DNA of 64,000 bases. Source: an uncultured beta proteobacterium. Its GTDB lineage: Bacteria > Pseudomonadota > Gammaproteobacteria > Burkholderiales > Burkholderiaceae_F. Position 1 is the stretch's first letter. Every line of letters begins with the position of its first letter. Made by a program: the position numbers and the translations under genes. The notes beneath the pieces are model-generated. The model was not told the origin of the DNA and ran no database searches. It saw nothing but the letters and a program-made list of their open reading frames with translations. Below are positions 34,076-44,446 of the stretch, piece by piece. The stretch lies in contig CAWADK010000002.1 of NCBI GenBank assembly GCA_963780715.1, positions 21,150 to 85,149 on the forward strand, read 5' to 3'.

Positions 34076-34139
34076 TGCCGTTCTCCCGCTCGCGTAAACT
34101 TCGGCGCTCGAAGAATACACACGGAATTTCGCTCCTCGC

Positions 34140-34334
34140 ATGGCAGGCAACTACGAGTCGGAGATCACCCGCTTCCTGCGGGATCTCAAGCGCCAGGACC
34201 CGGCGATCGAGCCGGGCCAGCATGAAGGGCGGGCGATCTGGTGGGACAAGTTTCTCGATCCCGACCTGTACCGGCGGTTTCGCGAGTCCCGCGTCCCGCA
34301 GCCCGCATACGTCTATCAGACTAAGGTCAAGTAG
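34140..34334 (+). CDS. DUF3460-family small protein
   Basis: 64 aa: MAGNYESEITRFLRDLKRQDPAIEPGQHEGRAIWWDK... A conserved small gene preceding scpA in beta-proteobacteria (recollection, not searched). Confidence 0.6.
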   Translation: MAGNYESEITRFLRDLKRQDPAIEPGQHEGRAIWWDKFLDPDLYRRFRESRVPQPAYVYQTKVK

Positions 34335-34401
34335 TTGAACCGGACTGCCCAGCACACGGCGGGCCAGGCGCACACCGGTCGATGGCGAGGCCGCGCTGGC
34401 G

Positions 34402-35217
34402 GTGGCCACACCCGACTCGACTCCCGACGTGGTCGACGGCGTGGCCTTCGCCAAGCTTTATGGCGAGCCGCTCTTCAAGCTCCCGGAGGACCTTTACATC
34501 CCGCCGGACGCGCTCGAAGTGTTCCTCGAGGCCTTCGAGGGGCCGCTCGACCTGCTGCTCTACCTGATCCGCAAGCAGCACTTCAACGTGCTCGACATCC
34601 CGATGGCGCCGCTGACGGTGCAGTACCTGGCGTACATCGACCAGATCCGCGAGAAGAACCTCGAGCTCGCCGGCGAATACCTGCTGATGGCTGCGCTGCT
34701 GATCGAGATCAAGTCGCGCATGCTGCTGCCGCTGCGCAAGGCCGACACCGGCGAAGAGGTCGAGGACCCGCGCGCCGAACTCGTGCGGCGTCTGCTCGAG
34801 TACGAACGCATCAAGCTCGCAGCACAGCAGCTCGACGCGCTGCCGCGCGTCGGCCGCGACTTCGTCCGCGCCGTCGTCACCATCGAGCAGACACTCGAGA
34901 AGCGCTTCCCCGACGTCAATGTCATCGAACTGCGCCAGGCCTGGGCGGACGTCATCACGCGCGCCCGGCTGCACGCACACCACCGCATCGCGCGCGAGGA
35001 ACTCTCGGTACGCGAGCACATGAGCTTCATCCTGCGTCGCCTGCAGAACACCCGCTTCGTCGAGTTCGCCGACCTGTTCGATGCCACGCGCGGACCGCAG
35101 GTGGCGATCGTCCACTTCCTCGCCCTGCTGGAACTTGCGCGCGAAGCGCTGATCGAAATCACGCAGGCAACGCCATTTGCGCCGATCTACGTCCGACTCG
35201 CCTACACGCCGAGCTGA
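34402..35217 (+). CDS. scpA: segregation and condensation protein A
   Basis: 271 aa containing FEGPLDLLLYLIRKQHFNVLDIPMAPLTVQYL and ELAGEYLLMAALLIEIKSRMLLP. Confidence 0.9.
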   Translation: MATPDSTPDVVDGVAFAKLYGEPLFKLPEDLYIPPDALEVFLEAFEGPLDLLLYLIRKQHFNVLDIPMAPLTVQYLAYIDQIREKNLELAGEYLLMAALLIEIKSRMLLPLRKADTGEEVEDPRAELVRRLLEYERIKLAAQQLDALPRVGRDFVRAVVTIEQTLEKRFPDVNVIELRQAWADVITRARLHAHHRIAREELSVREHMSFILRRLQNTRFVEFADLFDATRGPQVAIVHFLALLELAREALIEITQATPFAPIYVRLAYTPS

Positions 35218-35251
35218 CCTGCGCCCACCTGACATCGTTTTCGGGAATCTG

Positions 35252-35758
35252 ATGAAACTACGCTCCACCGTCGTCCTCGTTTCACTCCTCGCGGCTGGCG
35301 CCGCGCAGGGGCAGCTGAAGCCTCCCGCCGAGCCCAAGGCGGCACCGGCAGCGCCGACCGTGCCGGCAGCACCGACCGCTCCCTTGCCCCCGCCGTCCGA
35401 CCCCGTGGCCGACGCCAAGAAGGAGGCTGCCTCCCGGATTGCAGCGGAGTGGCTCAAGCTGATCGACAACGCCGACTATGGCAAGGCATGGGACGAGTGC
35501 TCGCCACTGTTCCGCGAGAAGGTCTCACGCCAGCAGTGGGTCGACGGCGTTCCGAAGAATCGTGCCGAATTCGGCAAATTGAAGGCGCGCAATCTGTTCG
35601 GCGCCGTCTACCGCAAGACAATGCCTGGCGCACCGGACGGTGACTACGTCACCGTGCGCTTCCTGAGCGACTTCGAGAAGAACCCCGCCGCGGAAGAACT
35701 GGTGACGTTGACCTACCAGGGCGGTGCGTGGCGCCCCCTGGGGTACATGCTGCGCTGA
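35252..35758 (+). CDS. DUF4019-like secreted protein
   Basis: MKLRSTVVLVSLLAAGAAQG signal peptide, an Ala/Pro linker, then ...AAEWLKLIDNADYGKAWDECSPLFREKVSRQQW... Confidence 0.6.
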   Translation: MKLRSTVVLVSLLAAGAAQGQLKPPAEPKAAPAAPTVPAAPTAPLPPPSDPVADAKKEAASRIAAEWLKLIDNADYGKAWDECSPLFREKVSRQQWVDGVPKNRAEFGKLKARNLFGAVYRKTMPGAPDGDYVTVRFLSDFEKNPAAEELVTLTYQGGAWRPLGYMLR

Positions 35759-35923
35759 CGCGGCCTGCTCCCTCGGTTGCCGATCTGCCGATCGGCGCTC
35801 GACCGCCCGTGCGCGGGCGTCCCTGCTGGATCAACCGCCCCGACGCTTCGACGGGTTGACGATCGGGACGCTTGAATCTTGCCCGGTGAAACCGCGCGCA
35901 GGTTTTGTGGGCAGTCCGGCCGC

Positions 35924-37030
35924 TCAGGCCCGCTGCCGATGCCGGACCGGCATGATGTGGATTCCTTCGTTGTCCAACGCGAGGAACACGCGCGTTCCCG
36001 GTTCGACTGGCCGGTTGCGCATCGCCTGGGTCGGCAAGGTGACCACCACGCGCGCGCGGGGTGGAGCGACGAGTTCAGCCGCGCACTGAGTGACGTCACC
36101 GAGGGTGACAGACTCGACCAGCGTCGCTTCGAACCCGTTGCCCTCGCCACTTCGATCCCACGACAGCGAAACGCATTCGCCGGGCACGATCCACGTGACC
36201 GGCACGCCGTCGTCGATCCGGCGCTTGTCGAGGACGGGCAGCTGCGGTCCGCCGACGGCGCGCCCCCAGGTCAGCAGGCCCCGCTGCCCTCCCGACGGCG
36301 CGCAGTGAAAGATGCCCTCAAAGTGGTTATGCAGGCCCAGCAGGTTCGCGACCCGCGCGTTGCGCGGATGTGCCAGCACGTGCGCAGGCGTGCCTGACTG
36401 CAGTGTCGCGCCGGCGTCGAGTATCACGATGCGATCCGCCAGACGTTGCGCTTCGGGCAGATCGTGGGTCACGAGCAGGATCGGGACCGAGAGCGTCCGA
36501 CGCAATGCCGCCAGTTCGACGTAAAGATCCTGGCGTGTGACCTGATCCACGGCGGAAAAGGGTTCGTCGAGCAGCAGAATCTGCGGCTCGCGCGCCAGCG
36601 CACGTGCGAGGGCTACGCGCTGCTGCTGGCCGCCGGACAGCTGGGCCGGCCGCCTCTGTGCAAAGCCTTCGAGGCGCACGCTTTGCAGCAGTTGCGCAGC
36701 ATGGGCATCGGCATCGGCACGACTGCTCGCCAGCGCGACATTGCGCGCTGCGCTGAGGTGGGGAAAGAGCGCGTAGTGCTGGAACACGAGCCCGACACGC
36801 CGCTGCTGCGGCGGACGGTTGACCCGATGCTCGGTATCGAGCCAGACGTCTTCGCCGACGGCAATGCGTCCGGACGCGCAGCGTGCCAGTCCGGCAATCA
36901 TGCGCAGGATCGTCGTCTTGCCGCTGCCCGACGGACCGACGAGCGCCACCAGTTCACCGGCCTCGCAGGTGAACTCGGCGTCCAGCGAAATCGGTGCCGC
37001 CTGCTGCAGCCGAACCGAGATCCCGGGCAT
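35924..37030 (-). CDS. modC: molybdate ABC transporter ATP-binding protein
   Basis: Start at [10 protein letters not shown] (residue 149 of ORF 35924..37474). Has Walker [10 protein letters not shown], signature LSGGQQQRV and a C-terminal Mop/TOBE-like domain. ATGA overlap with modB. Confidence 0.85.
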   Translation of the reverse strand: MPGISVRLQQAAPISLDAEFTCEAGELVALVGPSGSGKTTILRMIAGLARCASGRIAVGEDVWLDTEHRVNRPPQQRRVGLVFQHYALFPHLSAARNVALASSRADADAHAAQLLQSVRLEGFAQRRPAQLSGGQQQRVALARALAREPQILLLDEPFSAVDQVTRQDLYVELAALRRTLSVPILLVTHDLPEAQRLADRIVILDAGATLQSGTPAHVLAHPRNARVANLLGLHNHFEGIFHCAPSGGQRGLLTWGRAVGGPQLPVLDKRRIDDGVPVTWIVPGECVSLSWDRSGEGNGFEATLVESVTLGDVTQCAAELVAPPRARVVVTLPTQAMRNRPVEPGTRVFLALDNEGIHIMPVRHRQRA

Positions 37031-37704
37031 CAGCGCTCCAGCAGCGCGCGCTTGCTGCGCTGGCCGGTGGCAAAGACGATCGACAGCGCCACCAGCGTGA
37101 ACGCCACCAGCAGCAGCGACATCAGGTTGGCACCCGCGTTGTCGAACGCCTGCACGCGGTCGTAGATCGCGATGGACAGCGTGCGCGTCTCGCCGGCGAT
37201 GCTGCCGCCGACCATCAGTACGACGCCGAATTCGCCCAGCGTATGCGCAAAGGTCAGCGCGAGTCCGCCAAGGATGCCGGGCCACGCGAGCGGCAGCTCG
37301 ATGCGCCACAGCGTCTGCCACCGACTCAGCCCCGACACCCACGCCGCTTCGCGCAGACTGTTGGGGATGGCCGCGAAGGCGCGCTGCACCGGCTGCACCA
37401 TGAAGGGGAGGTTCACCAGCAGGCTCGCAGCAAGCAGGCCCTCGAAGGTGAACACCAGCCGCAGGCCCGCCCACTGGTCGAGCCAGCGCCCCAGCGGCGA
37501 AGCCCCGCCGAAGGCGAGCAGCAGGTAGAAACCGATGACCGTCGGCGGCAGGAGCAGCGGCAGCATCACTGCCGCTTCGACCAGGGGCTTGAAGCGACCC
37601 TCACCGATGGCGAGTCGGCGCCCGAGCCAGAGCGCGAACGGCAACAACAAGACGCAGGTGGCTGTTGCCAGCCACAGCGAAATCCGCGTTGCGTCCCAGT
37701 CCAC
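37030..37704 (-). CDS. modB: molybdate ABC transporter permease
   Basis: 224 aa with the EAA loop region (...SLREAAWVSGLSRWQTLWRIELPLAWPGI...). GTG start abuts the modA stop. Confidence 0.85.
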   Translation of the reverse strand: MDWDATRISLWLATATCVLLLPFALWLGRRLAIGEGRFKPLVEAAVMLPLLLPPTVIGFYLLLAFGGASPLGRWLDQWAGLRLVFTFEGLLAASLLVNLPFMVQPVQRAFAAIPNSLREAAWVSGLSRWQTLWRIELPLAWPGILGGLALTFAHTLGEFGVVLMVGGSIAGETRTLSIAIYDRVQAFDNAGANLMSLLLVAFTLVALSIVFATGQRSKRALLER

Positions 37705-38475
37705 TCATTCCCCTGGCAGCACGAAGCCGTACCGGCGCAGGATGCCACGCGCCGGCGCGGACTGCAGATAGCGGTAAAACAGCGTGGCCGTAGCACCGGC
37801 ACGGCGTGTAAGGACCATGCGCTGCCGCAGCGGCTGATGCAGCGACTCGGCAAGCAGCACGTGCTGCCCCTGCCGCGCGACCTCGGGAGCCAGGGCCAGC
37901 GAGAGCGCGATGACGCCCGCCTCCGCGCTGCCTGACGTGACGAACTGCGCTGTCTGCGCGATGTTCTCCCCGAGCACGAGCTTCGGCTGGACAAGCTGCC
38001 ACAGGCCCAGCGATTGCAGCGCCTGCTGCGCAGCGCGGCCGTACGGAGCATGTTCCGGATTGGCGATCGCGAACTTGCGCACACCACTCCATCCGGCACG
38101 CAGACCCTGCAGGTCCGAATCCAGTTTCAGGGTTGAGCCGCGCGGCGTGAACAGCACGATGCGGCCGATGCCGTACAGGGTGCCGCGATCGCGCGTCAGC
38201 CCGGCGTCAGCCAGCTTGAACACGAAGTCCTCGTCGGCCGACATGAAGAGTTCGAACGGCGCACCTTGCTGTATCTGGCGGGCAAAGTTGCCGGACGAAC
38301 CAAAATTGAGCGCGACGCGGTGGCCGGTATCGGCCTCGAACCGGGCCGCAACAGCATCGAGCGCGAACTTGAGGTCGCTGGCGGCGGCGATGACCGGCGC
38401 CTTGTCCTCAGCGCGCGCAGCGCCGCCCACGACTACGGCGAGGCCGAGCGCGCCGACGAGAGTCCGCCGGATCAT
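37705..38475 (-). CDS. modA: molybdate ABC transporter substrate-binding protein
   Basis: Start at MIRRTLVGALGLAVVVGGAARA (residue 24 of ORF 37705..38544); ModA-like mature part (...FGSSGNFARQIQQGAPFELFMSAD...). Confidence 0.85.
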   Translation of the reverse strand: MIRRTLVGALGLAVVVGGAARAEDKAPVIAAASDLKFALDAVAARFEADTGHRVALNFGSSGNFARQIQQGAPFELFMSADEDFVFKLADAGLTRDRGTLYGIGRIVLFTPRGSTLKLDSDLQGLRAGWSGVRKFAIANPEHAPYGRAAQQALQSLGLWQLVQPKLVLGENIAQTAQFVTSGSAEAGVIALSLALAPEVARQGQHVLLAESLHQPLRQRMVLTRRAGATATLFYRYLQSAPARGILRRYGFVLPGE

Positions 38476-38547
38476 GCAAACCACGGGTCGGGATCGCATC
38501 GCACGTCGCCGCGACTGCGCGGTGCCTCGCGCCGTCCGCGCCATGGC

Positions 38548-41265
38548 TCAGTGGGCCTGGTCCCAGTTGTCGCCGACGCCGACGTCGGCGACCAGCGGCA
38601 CGCGCAGTTGCGCGACGCCCGCCATCAGAGCCGGCACGCGCTCCTTCACGAGGGCGACTTCCGCGTCCGGCACTTCGAGCACGAGTTCGTCGTGCACCTG
38701 CATGACGAGCCGCGTGCCCAGCGCCTCGCCGGCGATCCAGCGCGCGACCGCGATCATCGCGAGCTTGATCAGGTCCGCCGCCGTGCCCTGCATCGGCGCA
38801 TTGATTGCCGCTCGTTCCGCCGCGCCGCGCCGCGGTCCGTTCGGCGAGTTGATCTCCGGCAGCCACAGCCGCCGGCCGAAGACTGTCTCGACGTAGCCCT
38901 GCCGCTTGGCAAGCGCCCGCGTGTGCTCCATGTACTTCGCCACCCCGGGGTAGCGCATGAAGTAGCGATCGATGTAGCTCCTGGCGGCCTCGCGCTCGAT
39001 GCCGAGATTGCCCGCCAGGCCGAACGCGCTCATGCCGTAGATCAGGCCGAAGTTGATGACCTTGGCGTAGCGCCGCTGCTCGCTCGTGACCTCCGCCACC
39101 GGCACGCCGAAGACCTCCGACGCCGTGGCGCGGTGGATGTCCTCGCCCTTCGAGAACGCGTCGAGCAGCCCGGCATCCTCCGAGATGTGCGCCATGATCC
39201 GCAGCTCGATCTGCGAGTAATCGGCGGACACGATCCGGTGGCCCGGCGGCGCGATGAACGCCTCGCGGATGCGGCGGCCCTCGGCGGTGCGGATCGGGAT
39301 GTTCTGCAGGTTCGGATCCGACGACGACAGTCGCCCCGTGACGGCGATCGCCTGGCCATACGTGGTGTGCACGCGCCCGTTGGCATCGGCACTCGCCGGC
39401 AGCTTGTCGCAGTACGTCGACTTCAGCTTCGCCAGCCCGCGGTGCTCCAGCAGCACCTTGGGCAACGGGTAGTCCTCGGCAAGCTTTTCGAGCACTTCCT
39501 CGTCGGTCGACGGCGCGCCGCTCGCCGTCTTCTTGACGACCGGCAGCTTCAGTTGCCCGAACAGGATCTCGCCGATCTGCTTCGGGCTGCCGAGGTTGAA
39601 GGGCTGCCCCGCCAGTTCGGCGGCCTGCCGTTCGAGTTCGGCAATGCGCCGGGCGAGTTCGGCGCTCTGCGCTTCCAGCTTCGCGCGGTCGATCAGCACG
39701 CCGGTGCGCTCCATTTCGAACAGCACCTGTGCGACCGGCAGTTCGATGTCCTGGTAGATCGAGCGCAGCTTCTCGTTCGGCTCGATGTGCGGCCACAGCG
39801 CGTGATGCAGCGCCAGCGTGACCTCGGCATCCTCGGCGGCGTACTCGGTGGCGCGATCGAGCGCGACCTCGTCGAACCGCAGCTGGTTCGCACCCTTGCC
39901 GCACACCTCGGCGAACGTGATGGTCTTGCGTCCGAGGTGGCGTTCCGCCAGCGAGTCCATGTCGTGGCTGCGATGCGCCTCGATGACGTAGGACTCGAGC
40001 AGCGTGTCGTGCGCCACGCCGGCGAGCTTCAGCCCATGGTTGGCGAACACATGCATGTCGTACTTCAGGTGCTGCCCCACCTTGCGGTGGTGCGGGCTCT
40101 CCAGCCAGGGACGCAGCGCCGCGAGCGTCGCCTCGAACGGCAGCTGTTCCGGTACGCCGGCGTAGCTGTGTGCCAGCGGGATATAACAGGCCCGCAGCGG
40201 CTCGATCGACAGCGACAGGCCCACCAGGCGCGCCGCCATCGGATCGAGCGACGTCGTCTCGGTGTCGACGCAGGTCAGCTCGGCGGCGCCGATGCGCTGC
40301 AGCCAGGCATCGAGCTGTTCGCGCGTCAGGACGGTTTCGTACTCGGGCCGAGGTGCGTCCGCGTCCGGAAGACTCGCTTGCGCGGTCGCCGCAGGCGGAT
40401 CGGCAGCGGCGGTCTGGCCGACTTCACGCAACCACGACTTGAACTCGTAACGGCCGTAGAGTTCCCGCAACTGGCCCGGGTCCTCCTCGCGCATGGCAAG
40501 TGCGGCAAGGTCCGGCACGTGCGGCGCGAGATCACAGTCGGTCTTGACGGTGACAAGTGTGCGGGCGGTCGGCAGCCACGGCAGTGCCTTGCGCAGGTTG
40601 TCACCCACGACGCCGCCGATCTCGCCGGCCCGTTCGACGACCGCATCGAGCGAGCCGTAGGCCTGTAGCCACTTGGCCGCCGTCTTGGGCCCGACTTTCT
40701 CTACTCCGGGCACGTTGTCGACGCTGTCTCCGACCAAGGTCAGGTAATCGACGATGCGCGTCGGCGGCACGCCGAACTTGGCTTCCACGCCCGGCACGTC
40801 GAGCGTTTCGCCGCTCATCGTGTTGACGAGCGTCGTGTGCTCGTCGACCAGCTGCGCAAGGTCCTTGTCACCGGTCGAGATGACCGTGCGCAGTCCGTGC
40901 TGCGCCGCGTAGCGCGCCAGGGTGCCGATGACGTCGTCAGCCTCGATACCCTCGATCTCGATGACCGGCCAGCCGAGCGCGCGCGTCGCCGCATGGATCG
41001 GAGCAATCTGTGCTACCAGATCCTCCGGCATGGCGGCCCGATTTGCCTTGTATTCGGCGTAAAGGTCGTCGCGAAAGGTCTTACCCTTGGCATCGAAGAC
41101 GCACGCGAGGTAGTCGGCCGGAACCTGCTGCCGCAGCGTGCGGAGCATCGATATGAAGCCGCGCAGCGCCCCCGTCGGCTCACCCGCCGCTGTGCGCAGG
41201 TCGGGGAGCGCGTGATAGGCGCGGTACAGATAGCTCGATCCGTCGAGCAGCAACAGCGTTTTCAT
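38548..41265 (-). CDS. polA: DNA polymerase I
   Basis: 905 aa comprising a 5'-nuclease domain, a 3'-5' exonuclease domain and a polymerase domain (RRYAKVINFGLIYGMSAFGL; QVHDELVLEV). Confidence 0.95.
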   Translation of the reverse strand: MKTLLLLDGSSYLYRAYHALPDLRTAAGEPTGALRGFISMLRTLRQQVPADYLACVFDAKGKTFRDDLYAEYKANRAAMPEDLVAQIAPIHAATRALGWPVIEIEGIEADDVIGTLARYAAQHGLRTVISTGDKDLAQLVDEHTTLVNTMSGETLDVPGVEAKFGVPPTRIVDYLTLVGDSVDNVPGVEKVGPKTAAKWLQAYGSLDAVVERAGEIGGVVGDNLRKALPWLPTARTLVTVKTDCDLAPHVPDLAALAMREEDPGQLRELYGRYEFKSWLREVGQTAAADPPAATAQASLPDADAPRPEYETVLTREQLDAWLQRIGAAELTCVDTETTSLDPMAARLVGLSLSIEPLRACYIPLAHSYAGVPEQLPFEATLAALRPWLESPHHRKVGQHLKYDMHVFANHGLKLAGVAHDTLLESYVIEAHRSHDMDSLAERHLGRKTITFAEVCGKGANQLRFDEVALDRATEYAAEDAEVTLALHHALWPHIEPNEKLRSIYQDIELPVAQVLFEMERTGVLIDRAKLEAQSAELARRIAELERQAAELAGQPFNLGSPKQIGEILFGQLKLPVVKKTASGAPSTDEEVLEKLAEDYPLPKVLLEHRGLAKLKSTYCDKLPASADANGRVHTTYGQAIAVTGRLSSSDPNLQNIPIRTAEGRRIREAFIAPPGHRIVSADYSQIELRIMAHISEDAGLLDAFSKGEDIHRATASEVFGVPVAEVTSEQRRYAKVINFGLIYGMSAFGLAGNLGIEREAARSYIDRYFMRYPGVAKYMEHTRALAKRQGYVETVFGRRLWLPEINSPNGPRRGAAERAAINAPMQGTAADLIKLAMIAVARWIAGEALGTRLVMQVHDELVLEVPDAEVALVKERVPALMAGVAQLRVPLVADVGVGDNWDQAH

Positions 41266-41322
41266 GGAGGTTTAAGAGTGCTCGACCACCGCAAGAACAT
41301 ACCCAGCCTGCGCGCAGTCACG

Positions 41323-42015
41323 ATGCCCGAGCGCGCCACCAGCCAGAAGGCACGGGAGTCATGGCAGCTTTGGGGGATTATTTCAGAGTTCGTCGAGGCG
41401 ACCGAGCGCCTGTCGGAGATCCGCCCGGCCGTATCGATCTTCGGCAGCGCACGCACGCGTCCCGGCACGCCGCAGTACGAACTGACGGTCGAAATCGCGC
41501 GCAAGCTGTCGGATGCCGGATTCGCGGTCATCAGTGGCGGCGGCCCGGGCATCATGGAGGCCGCGAACAAGGGAGCGTTCGAAGGCGCGTCGCCCTCGGT
41601 CGGGCTGAACATCGAACTTCCGTTCGAACAGTCCGGCAACGCCTACCAGGACATCTCGCTGCGCTTCCGGCACTTCTTTGCGCGCAAGGTGGCGTTCGTC
41701 AAGTACGCCGCGGCGTATGTCGTGATGCCGGGTGGCTTCGGAACGCTCGACGAACTCAGCGAGGCGCTGACGCTGATGCAGACCGGGAAAGGCCGGAAGA
41801 TGCCGGTCGTGCTCGTCGGTTCCGCGTTCTGGAGTGGCCTGCTCGCCTGGATGCGGGAGACGCTCGCGGCCGAAGGCATGATCAACGACACCGACCTCGA
41901 GATGATGCGTGTCGTCGACGACAGCGACTCCGTCGTCAACGCGCTGTTCGACTTCTACGATGCGCGCGGCTTTGCGCAGACGGCGAGCGAACGCGAGCAG
42001 TTGCTGTATCTGTGA
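41323..42015 (+). CDS. LOG-family (TIGR00730) Rossmann-fold nucleotide-binding protein
   Basis: MPERATS... (residue 163 of ORF 40837..42015) with motifs GGGPGIMEA and PGGFGTLDE. An alternative GTG start lies at 41278. Confidence 0.85.
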   Translation: MPERATSQKARESWQLWGIISEFVEATERLSEIRPAVSIFGSARTRPGTPQYELTVEIARKLSDAGFAVISGGGPGIMEAANKGAFEGASPSVGLNIELPFEQSGNAYQDISLRFRHFFARKVAFVKYAAAYVVMPGGFGTLDELSEALTLMQTGKGRKMPVVLVGSAFWSGLLAWMRETLAAEGMINDTDLEMMRVVDDSDSVVNALFDFYDARGFAQTASEREQLLYL

Positions 42016-42093
42016 TGGCGAGACCCAAGGGCGATGAGATGCCAGCCCTTCGGCGACGAAAGCCGCTACTGGCCGCGCGGGTAAACTTCAGAC

Positions 42094-42645
42094 ATGCGTG
42101 AGATGAAAGAGATGACTCGCAACCGCTGCGGCCTGGGGCTCGCCTGTGCGCTCCTGGTGGTGGGCGTGCCCGTGGCGGCCCATGCGCAGGCCGCTCAAAG
42201 GCCGTCGACGCCGGCCGCGACCGGCGCCACCACGGCGCAGCCGGCTCCGGCCACTGCCGCGCCGCGGACACGTATCGAGTTGTCGCCGGCCGAACGGCAG
42301 GCCCTGGACGGCACCGCTACGTCGTCGCCGTCGACCACACCTACCCGTGATGAGTTGCTGCCGACGGCGGACGATGCCCATGCACTCCAGCCCGCGGAAG
42401 AAAGGCAGACCGTCATCGAGCAGGTGCGCACACCGAACCGCACGACCGAGATCCGCGTCACGCCCGCGCTGACGGGCCGCACTTATACGATGACCACCCG
42501 CGAGGGACGCCAGCCGCTGTCGGCCACGGGCACTTCGCCGGGTCTTTCGGTGCCCAAGTTCTTCACCTTCGAATTCGGGGGGCCGGACGAACGCCCGGCG
42601 CCGACGTTGCCGCCACCCCCGCCCTCGTCCGCGACGCCGCGCTAG
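42094..42645 (+). CDS. secreted Pro/Ala/Thr-rich protein (DUF2782-like position between polA and thrB)
   Basis: Signal peptide ...CGLGLACALLVVGVPVAAHA, a low-complexity region, then a conserved-looking core IEQVRTPNRTTEIRVTPALTGRTYTM. The family assignment is from memory of synteny only. Confidence 0.5.
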   Translation: MREMKEMTRNRCGLGLACALLVVGVPVAAHAQAAQRPSTPAATGATTAQPAPATAAPRTRIELSPAERQALDGTATSSPSTTPTRDELLPTADDAHALQPAEERQTVIEQVRTPNRTTEIRVTPALTGRTYTMTTREGRQPLSATGTSPGLSVPKFFTFEFGGPDERPAPTLPPPPPSSATPR

Positions 42646-42664
42646 GTCGCCGGCCTCTCCATCG

Positions 42665-43645
42665 ATGGCCGTATTCACCGCGCTGACACGCGCTGAAGCC
42701 GCGAGCTTCCTGACTCAGTTCACCCTCGGAGAACTCGTTGACCTGCAGGGGATCGCCTCCGGCATCGAGAACACGAACTATTTTCTGACGACGAGCCAGG
42801 GCCGGTATGTCCTGACCGTCTTCGAGCGACTGAACTTCAAGCAGCTGCCGTTCTATCTGGAGCTGATGCGGCACCTCGCGCGCCGCGGGCTTCCGGTCCC
42901 GGCGCCGCAGGAAAACCGCAGTGGTGCGTTGCTGTCGGAAGTGAGGGGCAAGCCCGCCGCCATCGTCACCCGGCTCGACGGCCAGGCCGTGGTCCAGCCG
43001 ACGCCGGCCCACTGCGCGCTGGTCGGCGACGTGCTGGCGCGTATGCACAAGGCCGGGGCGGACTTCCCGCTCTTCCAGCCGCACCTGCGCGGCATCGGCT
43101 GGTGGAAGGAGTCGGTGCCCAAGCTCGAGCCGCACATCCCCGACGATATCTTCCATCGACTGGCCGACGAGCTGATCTACCAGGACAGCTTCTTTCGCAG
43201 CACGCGCTTCGAGCGCCTGCCGTCTGGGCCGATCCACGCCGATCTTTTCCGCGACAACGTGCTGATCGTCAACGGCGGCGCCGGCGATGCCATCGGCGGA
43301 TTGATCGACTTCTACTTCGCGGGTTGCTCCATCTGGCTATTCGATCTCGCGGTCACGATGAACGACTGGTGCATCGACCTCGCCACCGGCGCCTTCGATG
43401 CTCCGCGCGCGCAGGCGTTGATCGAGGCCTATCACGCGGTGCGGCCACTGACCGAAGAAGAGCATGAGTGCTGGCGCACCGTGCTGCGCGCCGCGGCACT
43501 GCGGTTCTGGATTTCGCGCCTGTACGACTATTACCTGCCGCGTCCGGCCGAAGTGCTGACGCCGCATGACCCCACCCACTTCGAACGCATCCTCGCGCAC
43601 CGGATCGGGGACGCTGCGCTTCCCTGGGTCAGTACGGCGGCATGA
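42665..43645 (+). CDS. thrB: homoserine kinase (Pseudomonas/APH-type)
   Basis: 326 aa: MAVFTALTRAEAASFLTQFTLGELVDLQGIASGIENTNYFLTT...; kinase catalytic loop IHADLFRDNVL. Confidence 0.9.
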   Translation: MAVFTALTRAEAASFLTQFTLGELVDLQGIASGIENTNYFLTTSQGRYVLTVFERLNFKQLPFYLELMRHLARRGLPVPAPQENRSGALLSEVRGKPAAIVTRLDGQAVVQPTPAHCALVGDVLARMHKAGADFPLFQPHLRGIGWWKESVPKLEPHIPDDIFHRLADELIYQDSFFRSTRFERLPSGPIHADLFRDNVLIVNGGAGDAIGGLIDFYFAGCSIWLFDLAVTMNDWCIDLATGAFDAPRAQALIEAYHAVRPLTEEEHECWRTVLRAAALRFWISRLYDYYLPRPAEVLTPHDPTHFERILAHRIGDAALPWVSTAA

Positions 43646-43668
43646 TCGCTCGCCGATAGAATCGGACC

Positions 43669-44436
43669 ATGCAAGTGAGAACACTGTCGGCCGCCGCCGG
43701 CTGGGCCTGGTTGCGTGAGGGGTTGCAAATCCTGCGGCGGCAGGCCTTCGCGTTCACGGCGCTGATCATCCTGTACTCGATGGTCCTGATGGTCGTCGCG
43801 AACATACCGCTGGTGGGACTGCCGCTCGCGGCCATCCTCGTCCCGTTCGGCACGCTAGGCATCACCGCGGCCGGGCGCGACGCCGATCGCAACGTGATGC
43901 CGCTGCCGTCATTGCTGATCGATGGCTTCAAGGGTCCTCAGCGCAACGCGCTGCTGAAGCTGGGCGCGGTCCACGCCGGCCTGATCCTTGTGCTGGTGGT
44001 GGTCACGACGCTCTTCGCACGCGATGAGCTGGCGAACTGGAAGATCGTCGAAGGACAGGTCGACTCGGCAACGGTTGCAGCGAACGTGCCGTGGGACGCG
44101 ATCTCCGTAGCCGCACTGGTCTACCTGCCGATCCTGATGCTGACCTGGTTCGCGCCGCAGCTCGTGGCCTGGCACCGACAGCCGGTCGCGAAGGCCCTGT
44201 TCTTTTCGCTCTTCGCCTGCTGGCGCAACCGCTGGCCGTTTCTCGTGCTCGGGCTGGCCTTCACCGCCCTGGTCGTTGCCGTATCCTGGCTCTTCTCGAT
44301 GCTGATGAGCCTGCTGGGCGTTTCACCGCAACTCGGGTCAATGCTGCTCGCGCCGATCGCGCTGCTGCTGACGAGCGTCGCTTACTCGACGCAATACCCG
44401 ATCTATCGGGCGGTGCTGGAGCCACCCCCACTTTAG
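43669..44436 (+). CDS. conserved polytopic membrane protein of unknown function
   Basis: 255-aa ORF with ~6 hydrophobic helices and coding-like composition. No recognisable motifs. Confidence 0.55.
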   Translation: MQVRTLSAAAGWAWLREGLQILRRQAFAFTALIILYSMVLMVVANIPLVGLPLAAILVPFGTLGITAAGRDADRNVMPLPSLLIDGFKGPQRNALLKLGAVHAGLILVLVVVTTLFARDELANWKIVEGQVDSATVAANVPWDAISVAALVYLPILMLTWFAPQLVAWHRQPVAKALFFSLFACWRNRWPFLVLGLAFTALVVAVSWLFSMLMSLLGVSPQLGSMLLAPIALLLTSVAYSTQYPIYRAVLEPPPL

Positions 44437-44446
44437 CGCCTCGGGT